A stretch of 64,000 nucleotides of DNA, from positions 61-64,060 of the forward strand of contig WRKF01000188.1 in NCBI GenBank assembly GCA_009778165.1, given 5' to 3'. The notes under the pieces were generated by a model. It worked only from the letters and a program-made list of their open reading frames with translations, was not told the origin of the DNA and made no database searches. The translations under genes were made by a program, and so were the position numbers. Positions 46,204-56,289 of the stretch are shown one piece after another (the first letter of the stretch is position 1; every line of letters begins with the position of its first letter). Origin of the DNA: Defluviitaleaceae bacterium (GTDB lineage Bacteria; Bacillota; Clostridia; Lachnospirales; UBA5962).

Positions 46204-46992
46204 CTATTTAAATATTTTTTTAAGCCTAGAGAGGATATTCTCTTTGCTTTCTAAGTCCATAAAGGGAACTTCTTGCCCTGCTATTCGTTTACTAATATCA
46301 CTAAAAGCTCTGCCGGCTTTGGAACTTTGATCCAATACAGCGGGTTCACCGTGGTTTGTAGAAGTTATTACAGTTTCATCGTCAGGCACAACACCGACTA
46401 TGTCTATTGCCAAAATTTCAGTTACGTCTTCTATTGCCATCATATCGCCTCGGCTTACCATGTCTATACGCAAGCGGTTAAGCACCAATTTTGGATCTTT
46501 TAGCCCGTTAGCTTCCAGTAAGCCTATAATGCGATCTGCATCTCTTACTGCACTAACCTCCGGAGTTGTTACAACGATGGCGTGCTGAGCACCGGCTATG
46601 GCATTTTTAAAACCTTGCTCTATACCGGCGGGACAGTCCACAAGGACATAATCAAATTCTTCTTTTAGTTTTTCACACAAATCTTTCATTTGCTGTGGTG
46701 CTATTGCATCTTTGTCTTTTGTCTGTGCTGCCGGCAAAAGATAAAGGTTTTGGTTGCGTTTGTCTTTAATGAGGGCTTGTTTTAGTTTGCAGTTGCCCTC
46801 TATAACATCTACAATATCGTAAACTATGCGGTTTTCTAACCCCATAACCACATCTAAATTTCGCAGGCCTATATCTGCGTCCAACAAGGCTACTTTTTTG
46901 TCAAGCATGGCTAATCCCATACCAATATTTGCTGTAGTAGTGGTCTTTCCAACGCCACCTTTTCCGGATGTTACAACTATTATTTCACTCAT
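46204..46992 (-). CDS. minD: Septum site-determining ATPase MinD
   Basis: IVVTSGKGGVGKTTTTANIG (deviant Walker A) and a C-terminal amphipathic helix. Confidence 0.95.
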   Translation of the reverse strand: MSEIIVVTSGKGGVGKTTTTANIGMGLAMLDKKVALLDADIGLRNLDVVMGLENRIVYDIVDVIEGNCKLKQALIKDKRNQNLYLLPAAQTKDKDAIAPQQMKDLCEKLKEEFDYVLVDCPAGIEQGFKNAIAGAQHAIVVTTPEVSAVRDADRIIGLLEANGLKDPKLVLNRLRIDMVSRGDMMAIEDVTEILAIDIVGVVPDDETVITSTNHGEPAVLDQSSKAGRAFSDISKRIAGQEVPFMDLESKENILSRLKKIFK

Positions 46993-47057
46993 GCTTCTAT
47001 CATACCTTTCAGTTTGTTTTGGCTTTGTTTGCTTTTTATCTAAAAATTATCTAAAAA

Positions 47058-47181
47058 CCTATGCGAGTACATGCTCAAAACGTCTCACGCCATCTACAAC
47101 CATTTAACTTGGTTTGAAGTTAAATGACTGCAATGTTCGATCTCCCTCTGCACTCATGGTTTCAAAAAACATTTACTATAC
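47058..47181 (+). repeat. Repeat family A, degenerate copy carrying a family-D hairpin insertion
   Basis: AACGTCTCACGCCATCTAC...[CCATTTAACTTGGTTTGAAGTTAAATG]...CTCTGCACTCATGGTTTCAAAAAACATTTACTATA aligns with copy 1 at 28945-29034. Confidence 0.6.
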
Positions 47182-47198
47182 TATAACAGATTTTTATA

Positions 47199-47849
47199 TT
47201 ATAGTAAAGGTGCTATATAAATTTGCCTTTCTTCTATATATGCCATGGATGCGGTTTTTTTCTTTATCATCTCCCTTGGTACATATGTAATAAGATCTGC
47301 AATGCGTATTTGGGTTGGGGATAGGGAAAGAACAGCAACAAAGGCATCTTGATTCCCCCCAAAACCGGCGTGAGCTACACTTTTTAAAGTTCCAAGCACA
47401 ATAATATTGTTAAAGGCGGCAAGTTTGGCACCCGGGTTAACATCTCCAACAACAACTATGCTACCTTTGTTGTTGATTATTGCTTGACCACTGCGCAACG
47501 CCCCGCGATGAAATGCGGTGTCTTGCTGGTCGGCTAATACAGTATTAATAAAGTTTGGTGATTGTCCAGGTTTTTGTTTATCCCCGGGTTTTTGCGGAAC
47601 ACCTCCGGGGCTGAAAGTAATGTTGAGGTCGGTGCTGCGGCTAATAATATTCAACAATTCTTCTTCTTGCTCCAAAGAAAGTTTACGGCCTTTAAAATAA
47701 ATTATGGCCTTGGAATTGCCGAAAAATTTCCGAGCTTCTGTAGCTTTTTTGTTCAATGTGTCTTTTAAAATTTCAAACTGTGTTTCTTCGTTCAGCAAAA
47801 TAACCAAACCATCTTTTGTACCTTTAAATGTTACGCTATTGTCTTTCAT
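47199..47849 (-). CDS. minC: Septum site-determining protein MinC
   Basis: 216-aa ORF upstream of minD with the C-terminal beta-helix pattern GSIVVVGDVNPGAKLAAFNNIIVLGTLKSVAHAG. Confidence 0.85.
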   Translation of the reverse strand: MKDNSVTFKGTKDGLVILLNEETQFEILKDTLNKKATEARKFFGNSKAIIYFKGRKLSLEQEEELLNIISRSTDLNITFSPGGVPQKPGDKQKPGQSPNFINTVLADQQDTAFHRGALRSGQAIINNKGSIVVVGDVNPGAKLAAFNNIIVLGTLKSVAHAGFGGNQDAFVAVLSLSPTQIRIADLITYVPREMIKKKTASMAYIEERQIYIAPLL

Positions 47850-47859
47850 TTTTACCTTA

Positions 47860-50595
47860 TCACCTCATTAGTAATACGTTTGTATTAGAAGTATCATCAT
47901 CTTCTTCCACGATTTGCGATACTGTGTTTAGTTGGAAATATGCACCTATAACATCTCTGGCTACTTGAGATGAAGCGGAAGGAGATATAGTGCCGGTGGC
48001 ACCAAAGGGTATAACCACATATATCGCGATTTGGGGATCATGTAACGGAGCAAAGGCGTTAAAAGTGGTGTGGGATAATCTGTGGTCTTGGTCGTGTTCC
48101 GCTGTTCCCGTTTTTGAACCAACGCTAAACGGGAAATGGCTAAATAGTCCTGATGCAGTAGCTCTACCGGGAGCAGCCTCTGTAACCAAACGCATTCCCT
48201 CGTGTATTGCATCCCAGGTGCTTTCGGATATTGGCGGTATATCTGTGCTAAAAGGTATTGTGCGAGCTATATATACACCGTTTGGGTGTGCTATACGATC
48301 TAGCAAACGCAGATTTACCACATTACCTCTGGTGGCAAGCCCCGCAGTAAGCCGAGCCATAGCGGCAGCGGTATAGTCATTTAGCTGTTGGCCAATAGCT
48401 ACCCGCACAGTATCACCGGGAGTCCATGGGTTTGTTGTGCCTTGTATACTTGCGAAAAACTCCTGTAACCCGGGAGAAGCCATTTGGTTGGGGGCAGCAT
48501 GGCGATAAGTTTCTCCAATCTCTACTCCCGTCGCTGTGTCCAACCCAAAAGCCTCCATATATGTGTTAAGACGGTCTATAGCCAAAAGAGGTGAGTGCCC
48601 CGTCTGTGTATCGCCGAGCCTAAAGGATGATTCGTAGAAAAAGTAGTTGCTACTTATGGCAATAGCTTCTGCAATATTTATATTTCCAAGGCTAACACTC
48701 GCCCAACTGGTAGGGTTAGGTTCACCTGCTCTTGTAAAAACCACTTGATCTACAATCTGTTCATAAGTTGTTATAACGCCATATTCCAGTGCTGCTATAC
48801 CCGTTATCATTTTAAAAACCGATCCGGGAGGTCTCCTCTCCCAAAAAGGGCGGTTTATAAGGGGAGTGGTGGGGTCGTTCATGAGGCTTATCCAATATGC
48901 GTTGTTGAAATTATTAACGAGTTGGTTAGTGTCAAAACTAGGATAACTAACACTTGCAAGCACCTCTCCTGTATGAACATCTACCAATACCAAAGAACCG
49001 GTAGAGGGGTCAACATTTGTCATTTGGGGAGTTATTTCGCCGTTTTCCAAGCGAGATACCACAATGTTGCGAGCAACTTCGTTGCTGCTGTTTGCTACAC
49101 GATGAGCAAAAAACGGATAACCGTCATCTAGTATAATTCCTTGCTCGTACATTGCTGCCAAAATTTGCCCGGGGGTTATACGACCATCTGTAATGGCATT
49201 AGAGATAATGCGGTTAATAACAACACGCCCCGCCATCATGGTAGCATTTACCGTTTCGTCTACAGACAGTACATAGCTCATTATTTGGTGAGAAACACTG
49301 CCCGGCTCACTTTCAAATATAGGTCTCGGATCAAGATTGTTTGCCGCAACAAGAGATGCCAAAACGGCTTCTACTTCCAAAGTGCCTTCGTTGTGATGGT
49401 CTGTGGTCATACGAGCAATTATTGTGCGAGCCAGTGTGTTTTGCAAAATATGAAAAGCCTCAATTTGCAGATATTTGTCCAGCGTAAGAAAAATATCGCT
49501 GCCACCTATTGGATCTACACGGCTGTTAGCCACTGTTCCCATTCGCCTGCCAACATTGTTAACATAAATCTGCTCTCTTCCCCTGGTGCCTCGCAAATAA
49601 TCCTCAAAAGCACTCTCTATACCTGTGCGTCCAATAAGGTCTGTTAATTCATAGCCAATAGAAAGCAGATGTTCTATGTTATCACTTTCGATAAACCGAT
49701 CTATATATCCCACAATATGGGAGAAATAGCGGCCGGCAGGGTAGTGGCGCAAAAAGCCGGTACTGATAAATGTAGAGCGGTAGCTTTGTGGATCTTCTTC
49801 CACATTAGTTATTGTTTCCAAGCTCACATCTAAAGCTATTGTCATTGGCACAAAAAGCTGCCCCCGGTGGTTGTTAAACAGATTGGTGCGAAGAGAAATG
49901 ATATTTCGCACTTGGGTTGGGGTAAGGGGGTGGCGACCCGCAATATCTCCTATTGTAAAAAAGGATTCCAAATAGTTTATCATTTGGGTTCTTCTGTGTT
50001 GGGCTGTATTGCCGGGTGTCGGTATGTCGTAAAGGAGCTGGTCTATACTGAAAAACACGGTAAGCCTAGCCAAAAGATAGGGAGCCAAAAGACCGGGGTC
50101 ATCTACTGCGCCACTTTCTGTATACGTTCTTGTGTCGGGGATAACCTCTAAATCTCTGAAAAAACGAGCCCGCTGTCCCCTGGGGTTTTCTCCGGAAAAA
50201 GTAAATTCAAAGGGAGGCGTGGGTGTTATTGGCAACGTATCCATAAACTCTTCTCCGTTGCTTTCAAGTAAAACAAGCAAATTGAGAAAAGTTGTATTTA
50301 CCTCGTAAGCTGTAAGGTTTATACTTGGATCAAACATTACAGAACGGGTGGTAGAGTTAACTGCCAATGGTCTGCCAAATCGGTCATAGATATTGCCTCG
50401 TTCTGCCGGCAAAGAAATTTCCCTTAATTGGTGGCTTGTGAGTCCTTCATAATATAATTGCCCTTGCACTATCTGCAAATCAAAAAGAACGCTGGAAAGG
50501 AACAAAAAAGCCATAATAGACATAATCAGCAAAACAATTAGCCTATTGTTGAGTATTCCTAAAATTCTTTGTAACGGTTTTTCCTTCTCAATCAT
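47860..50595 (-). CDS. mrdA: Penicillin-binding protein 2 (elongasome transpeptidase), long form
   Basis: N-terminal TM segment, then SVFK (SxxK), SSN and KTGTAE motifs. It lies between mreD and minC. I chose ATG 50595 behind GGAG. Confidence 0.88.
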   Translation of the reverse strand: MIEKEKPLQRILGILNNRLIVLLIMSIMAFLFLSSVLFDLQIVQGQLYYEGLTSHQLREISLPAERGNIYDRFGRPLAVNSTTRSVMFDPSINLTAYEVNTTFLNLLVLLESNGEEFMDTLPITPTPPFEFTFSGENPRGQRARFFRDLEVIPDTRTYTESGAVDDPGLLAPYLLARLTVFFSIDQLLYDIPTPGNTAQHRRTQMINYLESFFTIGDIAGRHPLTPTQVRNIISLRTNLFNNHRGQLFVPMTIALDVSLETITNVEEDPQSYRSTFISTGFLRHYPAGRYFSHIVGYIDRFIESDNIEHLLSIGYELTDLIGRTGIESAFEDYLRGTRGREQIYVNNVGRRMGTVANSRVDPIGGSDIFLTLDKYLQIEAFHILQNTLARTIIARMTTDHHNEGTLEVEAVLASLVAANNLDPRPIFESEPGSVSHQIMSYVLSVDETVNATMMAGRVVINRIISNAITDGRITPGQILAAMYEQGIILDDGYPFFAHRVANSSNEVARNIVVSRLENGEITPQMTNVDPSTGSLVLVDVHTGEVLASVSYPSFDTNQLVNNFNNAYWISLMNDPTTPLINRPFWERRPPGSVFKMITGIAALEYGVITTYEQIVDQVVFTRAGEPNPTSWASVSLGNINIAEAIAISSNYFFYESSFRLGDTQTGHSPLLAIDRLNTYMEAFGLDTATGVEIGETYRHAAPNQMASPGLQEFFASIQGTTNPWTPGDTVRVAIGQQLNDYTAAAMARLTAGLATRGNVVNLRLLDRIAHPNGVYIARTIPFSTDIPPISESTWDAIHEGMRLVTEAAPGRATASGLFSHFPFSVGSKTGTAEHDQDHRLSHTTFNAFAPLHDPQIAIYVVIPFGATGTISPSASSQVARDVIGAYFQLNTVSQIVEEDDDTSNTNVLLMR

Positions 50596-50632
50596 AATAA
50601 TCAACTCCTTATCTATTAAATTGTCTGTTAAA

Positions 50633-51148
50633 TTATCTATTAAAAATCTTACGACTATGTTTTTCGTGGCTTTCCAACCTAGAGTTTATCCTGTATATGA
50701 AAACATATATGGGTAGCGTTATGGCAATATTGTAAAGAGTGCTAGGCAGTATAATAGACCACACATAGCTAAAAATATCTAATCTGGCTCTAAACAAAAA
50801 GTTTAGCAGATAATAGGCAAAGTTAAAAAGGAATGTAGTTATACCTATTAAAGCGATTGGCAATAAATAATTTTCTACATAAAATTCCTTAAAAGGCTTG
50901 CCGCTAAAAAAACCAATGAGCATGTATAAAAAAGCATTTAAACCAATTATAACTCCAAAAAACACATCTTGCAATAGCCCCGCAAAAAAACCTATCATTG
51001 CACCTTCCACTTCGTGGCGCAATATTGCAAAGGACACAACGATTATTATGGCTGTGTTTGGAGAGATTCCAAAAATTTGCATTGGCCATGTTGTTTGCAA
51101 TATGAAATTTATCAATACAATTGTTATTACAATAAAGAAGCGAGCCAC
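50633..51148 (-). CDS. mreD: Rod shape-determining protein MreD
   Basis: 171-aa polytopic protein downstream of mreC. Confidence 0.82.
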   Translation of the reverse strand: MARFFIVITIVLINFILQTTWPMQIFGISPNTAIIIVVSFAILRHEVEGAMIGFFAGLLQDVFFGVIIGLNAFLYMLIGFFSGKPFKEFYVENYLLPIALIGITTFLFNFAYYLLNFLFRARLDIFSYVWSIILPSTLYNIAITLPIYVFIYRINSRLESHEKHSRKIFNR

Positions 51149-51157
51149 AAATTTCTC

Positions 51158-52033
51158 CTATTCTCCTAAAGTTATTTCTGCGTAGGAGTATTCATAATCG
51201 TCATAGTCCATATCTTCCGAAACCCCCGTTATAACCAAAACAGCATTTAAGTTATCGAAGCTGACAAGAGGCTGAACAATAGCTATCAGACCCTGCGGGG
51301 ACGGCTCTGTAATTTCTACTATTATACCTATATGTATCCCCGGCGGGAAAATAGTGCCAAGGGCAGATGTCATCAGTTCATCCCCTTCCAATATATCGGC
51401 ATCTATGTCTGTTTCAAACCTAAGAAGCCCCTGACTGCCCAGCATAATGTCTCCTCGTGCAAAACCTATGGCACCGCTACGGCTTATAGCCGCACTAACT
51501 GCACTGGCATCGTCTATAATAGGTGTAACTTGAGAAAAATTGTGAGCCTCCGCTGTAACATTTCCAACAAGAGCACCTTGAGCAACAACAACCATGTTTT
51601 GCTCCACCCCATGGGTATATCCGCGGTTTATAATGAACCTGGTGTTCCAGTTGTTGTTGTCGCGGGATATAATATCGGCGGCAACTGTTTCAAAACGGGG
51701 ATAGCGTTGATCCATCTCCAACAGTTGTGTGAGTTGGTAGTTGTGTGCTTCCAACAGCTCCAACCTGTTAAGGGCAAGTAGCAACTCCTCCATTTCGGAG
51801 TTTAGGCGCTGGTTTTCAGATACCAAATAGTTCATGTCGGTAAAATATGTTCTGATGTCGGAAAACCATCCTCCAACACCTGTCATTACATTTTGTATAG
51901 GCACCACAACCACACCCAAAACATTTGAAACAAAACCGGATGTGCGATTGCCTACAGTGAAAGCCATCAAAAGTATACATATGATAATACCAACCAGCAA
52001 AAAAACAGTTTTTTTGTTTCGTAATATTTTCAT
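51158..52033 (-). CDS. mreC: Rod shape-determining protein MreC
   Basis: TM segment, coiled coil (NQRLNSEMEELLLALNRLELLEAHN) and beta domains. ATG 52033 lies behind GGAGGA. Confidence 0.87.
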   Translation of the reverse strand: MKILRNKKTVFLLVGIIICILLMAFTVGNRTSGFVSNVLGVVVVPIQNVMTGVGGWFSDIRTYFTDMNYLVSENQRLNSEMEELLLALNRLELLEAHNYQLTQLLEMDQRYPRFETVAADIISRDNNNWNTRFIINRGYTHGVEQNMVVVAQGALVGNVTAEAHNFSQVTPIIDDASAVSAAISRSGAIGFARGDIMLGSQGLLRFETDIDADILEGDELMTSALGTIFPPGIHIGIIVEITEPSPQGLIAIVQPLVSFDNLNAVLVITGVSEDMDYDDYEYSYAEITLGE

Positions 52034-52092
52034 ATTATATTCCTCCAAATTTATAGATTTTATAGATTTTTGTAGATCTTTATAAATCATAG

Positions 52093-53121
52093 TTACCTTC
52101 GCAATTTGCGAGGGGAAACAAGCACATTACGGAGGGTTTCTAAGTTTTCCAATACCACGCCTGTGCCATTCGCTACACAGTTTAAGGGTTCATCTGCAAT
52201 ATTAACAGCTATCCCGGTTTCATACGATATAAGCCTGTCTAAATCTCCCAACAATGCGCCGCCGCCGGTTAGCATAATACCTGCTTCAATAATATCGGCG
52301 GCAAGCTCCGGTGGGGTCATCTCCAGCGTAAGCCTTATTGAATCTACGATTGCGTTGACAGGGTCTTCTATCGCTGCATATACCTCTTGTGCAGACATGG
52401 TAAGGATTTTTGGCAACCCGCTAGAAAGATCTCGCCCGCGTATATCCATACGAAGATTTGGGTCCGGATCGTAAACAGAAGCAATATTTATCTTCAGCTC
52501 TTCTGCTGTGCGATCGCCAATTGCAAGACCGTATTCTTTTCTAACATATGTAACGATGCTTTTGTCTATTTCATCGCCCGCTATCCGCAGAGATTTGCTT
52601 ATCACAATACCCCCAAGGGATATAACGGCAACCTCGCTTGTGCCACCACCAATATCTACAACCAAAGAACCCAAAGGCTCACCCACAGGCAACCCGGCAC
52701 CAATAGCGGCTGCCATTGGCTCTTCTATCAAAAAAGCGTTGTTTTCCCTGGTGCCGGCGGCTATTGCACTTTCTATTACCGCTCTTTTTTCCACCTCTGT
52801 GATTCCCGATGGTACGCAAACAATAACCCGCGGTCGTGGGCTAAAAAAAGAGCCGGAAAGGGATTTTTTTATAAAATATTTAAGCATTGCTTTTGTAGAC
52901 TCAAAATCAGCAATAACCCCGTCTTTCATTGGCCGCACCGCTATAATATTGCCCGGTGTGCGTCCTATCATTTGCTTAGCCTCATCTCCCACAGCCAATA
53001 CGCTCTTGGTAGATGTGTTAAGTGCTACAACAGAGGGTTCATTTAATATTATGCCTTTGTTTTTCATGAAAACTAAAACATTAGCTGTACCTAAATCTAT
53101 ACCCAAATCTCTGGAAATCAT
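52093..53121 (-). CDS. mreB: Rod shape-determining actin homologue MreB
   Basis: [43 protein letters not shown]; 342 aa. Confidence 0.95.
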   Translation of the reverse strand: MISRDLGIDLGTANVLVFMKNKGIILNEPSVVALNTSTKSVLAVGDEAKQMIGRTPGNIIAVRPMKDGVIADFESTKAMLKYFIKKSLSGSFFSPRPRVIVCVPSGITEVEKRAVIESAIAAGTRENNAFLIEEPMAAAIGAGLPVGEPLGSLVVDIGGGTSEVAVISLGGIVISKSLRIAGDEIDKSIVTYVRKEYGLAIGDRTAEELKINIASVYDPDPNLRMDIRGRDLSSGLPKILTMSAQEVYAAIEDPVNAIVDSIRLTLEMTPPELAADIIEAGIMLTGGGALLGDLDRLISYETGIAVNIADEPLNCVANGTGVVLENLETLRNVLVSPRKLRR

Positions 53122-53305
53122 ATATACTCCTGTTTCTGTAATTTATAACTTATAATAATAAATTGTAAATAGTAATGGTAATTATAGTAAAAAACTTTCC
53201 GAACATTAATCAATTTTATACATGTATATAATACACTTTTTTGCGAAAAATTTCAAGGAGAAATATTTGAGTCCACGACTAGCCCCCATAGTGGATTTTT
53301 ACCAC

Positions 53306-53410
53306 CTATAGCAAACGCACTTTGAAACCACGAGTGCAGAAGGAAGCCGAACGCCAGAGGGCGTGGGGTGTTCTGACCGACAGCAATCATTGAAAAGACG
53401 TTTGCTATAG
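53306..53410 (-). repeat. REP/MITE-like repeat family A, copy 2 (inverted, with a ~16-nt extra segment)
   Basis: CTATAGCAAACGCACTTTGAAACCACGAGTGCAGAAGGAAGCCGAACGCCAGAGGGCGTGGGGTGTTCTGACCGACAGCAATCATTGAAAAGACGTTTGCTATAG. Confidence 0.85.
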
Positions 53411-53510
53411 ATATTCGCCATGCATGGTATGCAAAAAAGCCATCAATATTCGGGCATTGCCTGATTTGACGGCTTTGTAATTATTTCTTCGCTATTGAGT
53501 TTTACTTTGG

Positions 53511-54001
53511 TTAGTCCTTATCTCCGTTTACTTGAGCATCAACAGAAAGATAATTAAATCGACCGGTCATAAAGTTAGCTATTTTGTTCTTGCGGTCGTC
53601 TTCCAACCACAATCTGCCATCATCAGTTAGCTCAAATTTGCAGATAGCCTCTTTTTTGCTTGCTTTATAGTCGATGCTTAGGTATTTGAGAACATTCCAA
53701 CCTACTATGTAAAAAATGGTATTTGTGAACGTCAATTTTACAAATGGAGGCCATATGCACCTAACCCATCCATCTGTAGTGATAAACCCTTCCAAACGCT
53801 ATATTTTGGCGGCGTTGGTTTGGGTTTTTTTAACTCAAAATACTCATCCGGCGTAAGTATCGCTACAACATCACCGTGAAAACGCGAATCATCCGAAGGT
53901 CTGCTTATCACTATCATATACTTATCGTGATACTTGTCCTCCATATCCTCGACTATCACATCGTGTTCCAAAATTTCATGCTCACCATTGAATGAAAACA
54001 T
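53511..54001 (-). pseudogene. Probable single gene split by a frameshift (alternatively two overlapping small genes); product unknown
   Basis: ORF 54001->53738 (MFSFNGEHEILEHDV..., RBS AAAGGGG) and ORF 53795->53511 overlap by 58 nt in different frames. Reading across near GTTTGGAAGGG (~53785-53795) gives ...PPKYSVW/EGFITTDGWVRC... Confidence 0.35.
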
Positions 54002-54283
54002 AGTAATCCCCTTTCTAGTTTTGGCTTGTAGTATTGCGGTGTACAGACTCAAAGCCTCTCCGTCTAATTATACCAGACTCTTATGAATTTGGCAAAAAAA
54101 ATAGCGAGCAAACCCCAGATATTTAGTTTGTGGTAAAGTTGCACAATCTTCTAACGGCAACTGTATTTGAATTTTCCCGAAAAAACTTACCAATTACAAT
54201 CGACTCGAGTAAGAAATTTATTGCGTATAGCAGTTCCGTATTTAATTGTTCTTATGAATTTTTCTGGTTTATAAAGGAATAAC

Positions 54284-54298
54284 GAAAAGTTAATTTGC
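54284..54298 (+). repeat. Repeat family C half-site upstream of the transketolase genes
   Basis: GAAAAGTTAATTTGC is identical to the hairpin arms at 30261-30275 and 30313-30327 and is followed by a similar (T/G)ATA-AT-TG context. Confidence 0.7.
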
Positions 54299-54304
54299 GA
54301 TATA

Positions 54305-54334
54305 TTGACAAACCCTATGAATTTAGGCTAAAAT
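54305..54334 (+). promoter_or_regulatory. Candidate sigma-A promoter for the transketolase operon
   Basis: TTGACA (54305-54310), an 18-nt spacer, then TAAAAT (54329-54334). Confidence 0.45.
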
Positions 54335-54382
54335 CAGAGGAGAAGTTGTTGGGGGTCTTATGACACATAAAGGAGAATAAAT

Positions 54383-55222
54383 ATGTCAACAATCAGCCAA
54401 AAAAGAATTGACGAGCTTGTGGAGATTTGTGCCCAAATGCGCATAGACTTAATCAAGCAACTACACAAAATTCAGACCGGACACCCCGGTGGTTCCTTGT
54501 CTGTATGCGAAATTTTGGCACTACTGTACTTGGAAATAGCAAAAGTTGATCCTAAAAATCCAAAATTGCCGGAAAGGGATCGTATTTTGCTAACAAAAGG
54601 TCATGCCGCACCAATGCTTTATTTAGCTTTGGCTCGTGCCGGGTTTTTCCCTCAAGAAGAGTTTTCTACTCTACGCCAAATAAATTCTCGTTTGCAAGGT
54701 CATCCGGATGCAAAAACTACTCCCGGGGTAGAAGCTCCCAGTGGTCCAATGGGGTTGGGGCTTTCCGCTGCCGTTGGTATGGCTCTTGCACTTAAACTGG
54801 ACAAAAACCCTGCTAGAGTTTATGCCGTTATGGGTGATGGCGAGCTAAACGAGGGTACTGTATGGGAAGCCTGTATGAGTATTGCAAAGTTCGGGATAGA
54901 CAACCTAACTCCTATTGTGGATTTCAACGGAGTGCAGTTGGACGGTCTTACTAACGAGATTATGCCAATGCTTGACTTGGGAGCAAAATTTAGTGCCTTT
55001 GGTTTTGAAGTGATTAATTGCGACGGTCACAACATTGCCGATCTGTACAAGGCAATAAGCACGGCAAATTCTTTTGGTAAGCCGTCTGTTATTTTAGCTA
55101 AAACTATAAAAGGCAAGGGCGTTAGCTTTATGGAGGGCAAAAACGCTTGGCATGGCGCTCCAATAGATGATGCCAATTTTGCCATAGCGATGAAAGAACT
55201 GGAGGGAAATGCAAATGGCTAA
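54383..55222 (+). CDS. Transketolase, N-terminal (TPP-binding) subunit
   Basis: GHPGGSLSVCEIL, GDGELNEGTVWEA; 279 aa. It is split from the C-terminal subunit, as in many Clostridia. Confidence 0.9.
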   Translation: MSTISQKRIDELVEICAQMRIDLIKQLHKIQTGHPGGSLSVCEILALLYLEIAKVDPKNPKLPERDRILLTKGHAAPMLYLALARAGFFPQEEFSTLRQINSRLQGHPDAKTTPGVEAPSGPMGLGLSAAVGMALALKLDKNPARVYAVMGDGELNEGTVWEACMSIAKFGIDNLTPIVDFNGVQLDGLTNEIMPMLDLGAKFSAFGFEVINCDGHNIADLYKAISTANSFGKPSVILAKTIKGKGVSFMEGKNAWHGAPIDDANFAIAMKELEGNANG

Positions 55223-56147
55223 AACAATAAGAGATATATATGGTGAAACCTTGGTAAAATACGGCACTACAGACGAAAGGATTGTGGTGTTGGACGCAGA
55301 TGTATCAAATTCTACAAAATCTGCTATTTTTGCTAAAGCTGTTCCGGAACGCTTTTTTAACTTAGGCATTGCAGAGGCAAATATGGCAGGTATTGGTGCG
55401 GGGCTTGCGGCAGGCGGGAAAATACCTTTCATTAACACCTTTGCTGTTTTCCTCACTTCTTTGGGTCTTTTGGCTGCCCGCACATATGGCTCATATTCTA
55501 ACTGGAACATGAAATATGTAGGTGCGTATGGTGGCCTGTCTAACGGATTTGACGGACCGACTCATCACTCTATAGAAGATCTTGCAGTTTTTAGAACACT
55601 GCCCAACTTCCAGGTTTTTGTAGCGTCAGATGCACGTCAAACAGCTTGGCTTGTAAAAAACGCCATTGATCACCACGGACCAATGTACATACGCCTTACC
55701 CGCAATGCAATACCCGACATTTATGACGACAATGCAACATTTAAAACCGGCAAGGGTAATATTGTACGCCAAGGCGATGATGTAACCATAATTGCCTGCG
55801 GACTTATGGTAAAACCGGCGCTAGATGCCGCCGAAACTTTGGCAACCCAGGGGGTGTCTGCCCAAGTTGTGGATATGTTCTGCATTAAACCCTTAGATAA
55901 GGAACTTATTTTGGACTGTGCCAAAAAAACCAAACTTGTTGTGACTGTGGAAGAACACAGCATAATCGGCGGTTTGGGCGGTGCTGTAGCCGAAGTTATG
56001 GCTACCGGCGGATCCGGAGTACCCCAAGTGTTTATTGGTCTCAATGATACTCACGCCGAAACGGGTACATTAAACGCACTTTTTGAAAAATATGGTCTTA
56101 CTGCTGACGATATTGTAGCAAAAACACTAAAAGGATTAGGCAAATAA
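55209..56147 (+). CDS. Transketolase, C-terminal (pyrimidine-binding) subunit
   Basis: NLGIAEANMAGIGAGLA, GPTHHSIEDLAVFR; 312 aa. It overlaps the N-terminal subunit gene by 14 nt. Confidence 0.9.
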   Translation: MQMAKTIRDIYGETLVKYGTTDERIVVLDADVSNSTKSAIFAKAVPERFFNLGIAEANMAGIGAGLAAGGKIPFINTFAVFLTSLGLLAARTYGSYSNWNMKYVGAYGGLSNGFDGPTHHSIEDLAVFRTLPNFQVFVASDARQTAWLVKNAIDHHGPMYIRLTRNAIPDIYDDNATFKTGKGNIVRQGDDVTIIACGLMVKPALDAAETLATQGVSAQVVDMFCIKPLDKELILDCAKKTKLVVTVEEHSIIGGLGGAVAEVMATGGSGVPQVFIGLNDTHAETGTLNALFEKYGLTADDIVAKTLKGLGK

Positions 56148-56213
56148 GAATGTATAGCGGTTAATTTAAAAATCGACAATCATTTGAAAAAATGCTATAT
56201 CGTTTCCTGTACA

Positions 56214-56255
56214 GCCATTCAACTTAAAAATCTCATATTTTTTAAGTTGAATGGC
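56214..56255. repeat. Hairpin repeat family D, copy 3 (17-bp stem)
   Basis: GCCATTCAACTTAAAAA-TCTCATAT-TTTTTAAGTTGAATGGC followed by TATAAC, between the tkt stop and the lepA start. Confidence 0.75.
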
Positions 56256-56289
56256 TATAACATTCCTTAGTTACGGAGCGTTTTATTTT

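Noticed and set aside
52387-53155. Two long plus-strand ORFs (219 and 215 aa) overlapping mreB
   Set aside because: Both are shadow frames of the highly conserved mreB coding sequence, with low-complexity translations and no independent support.
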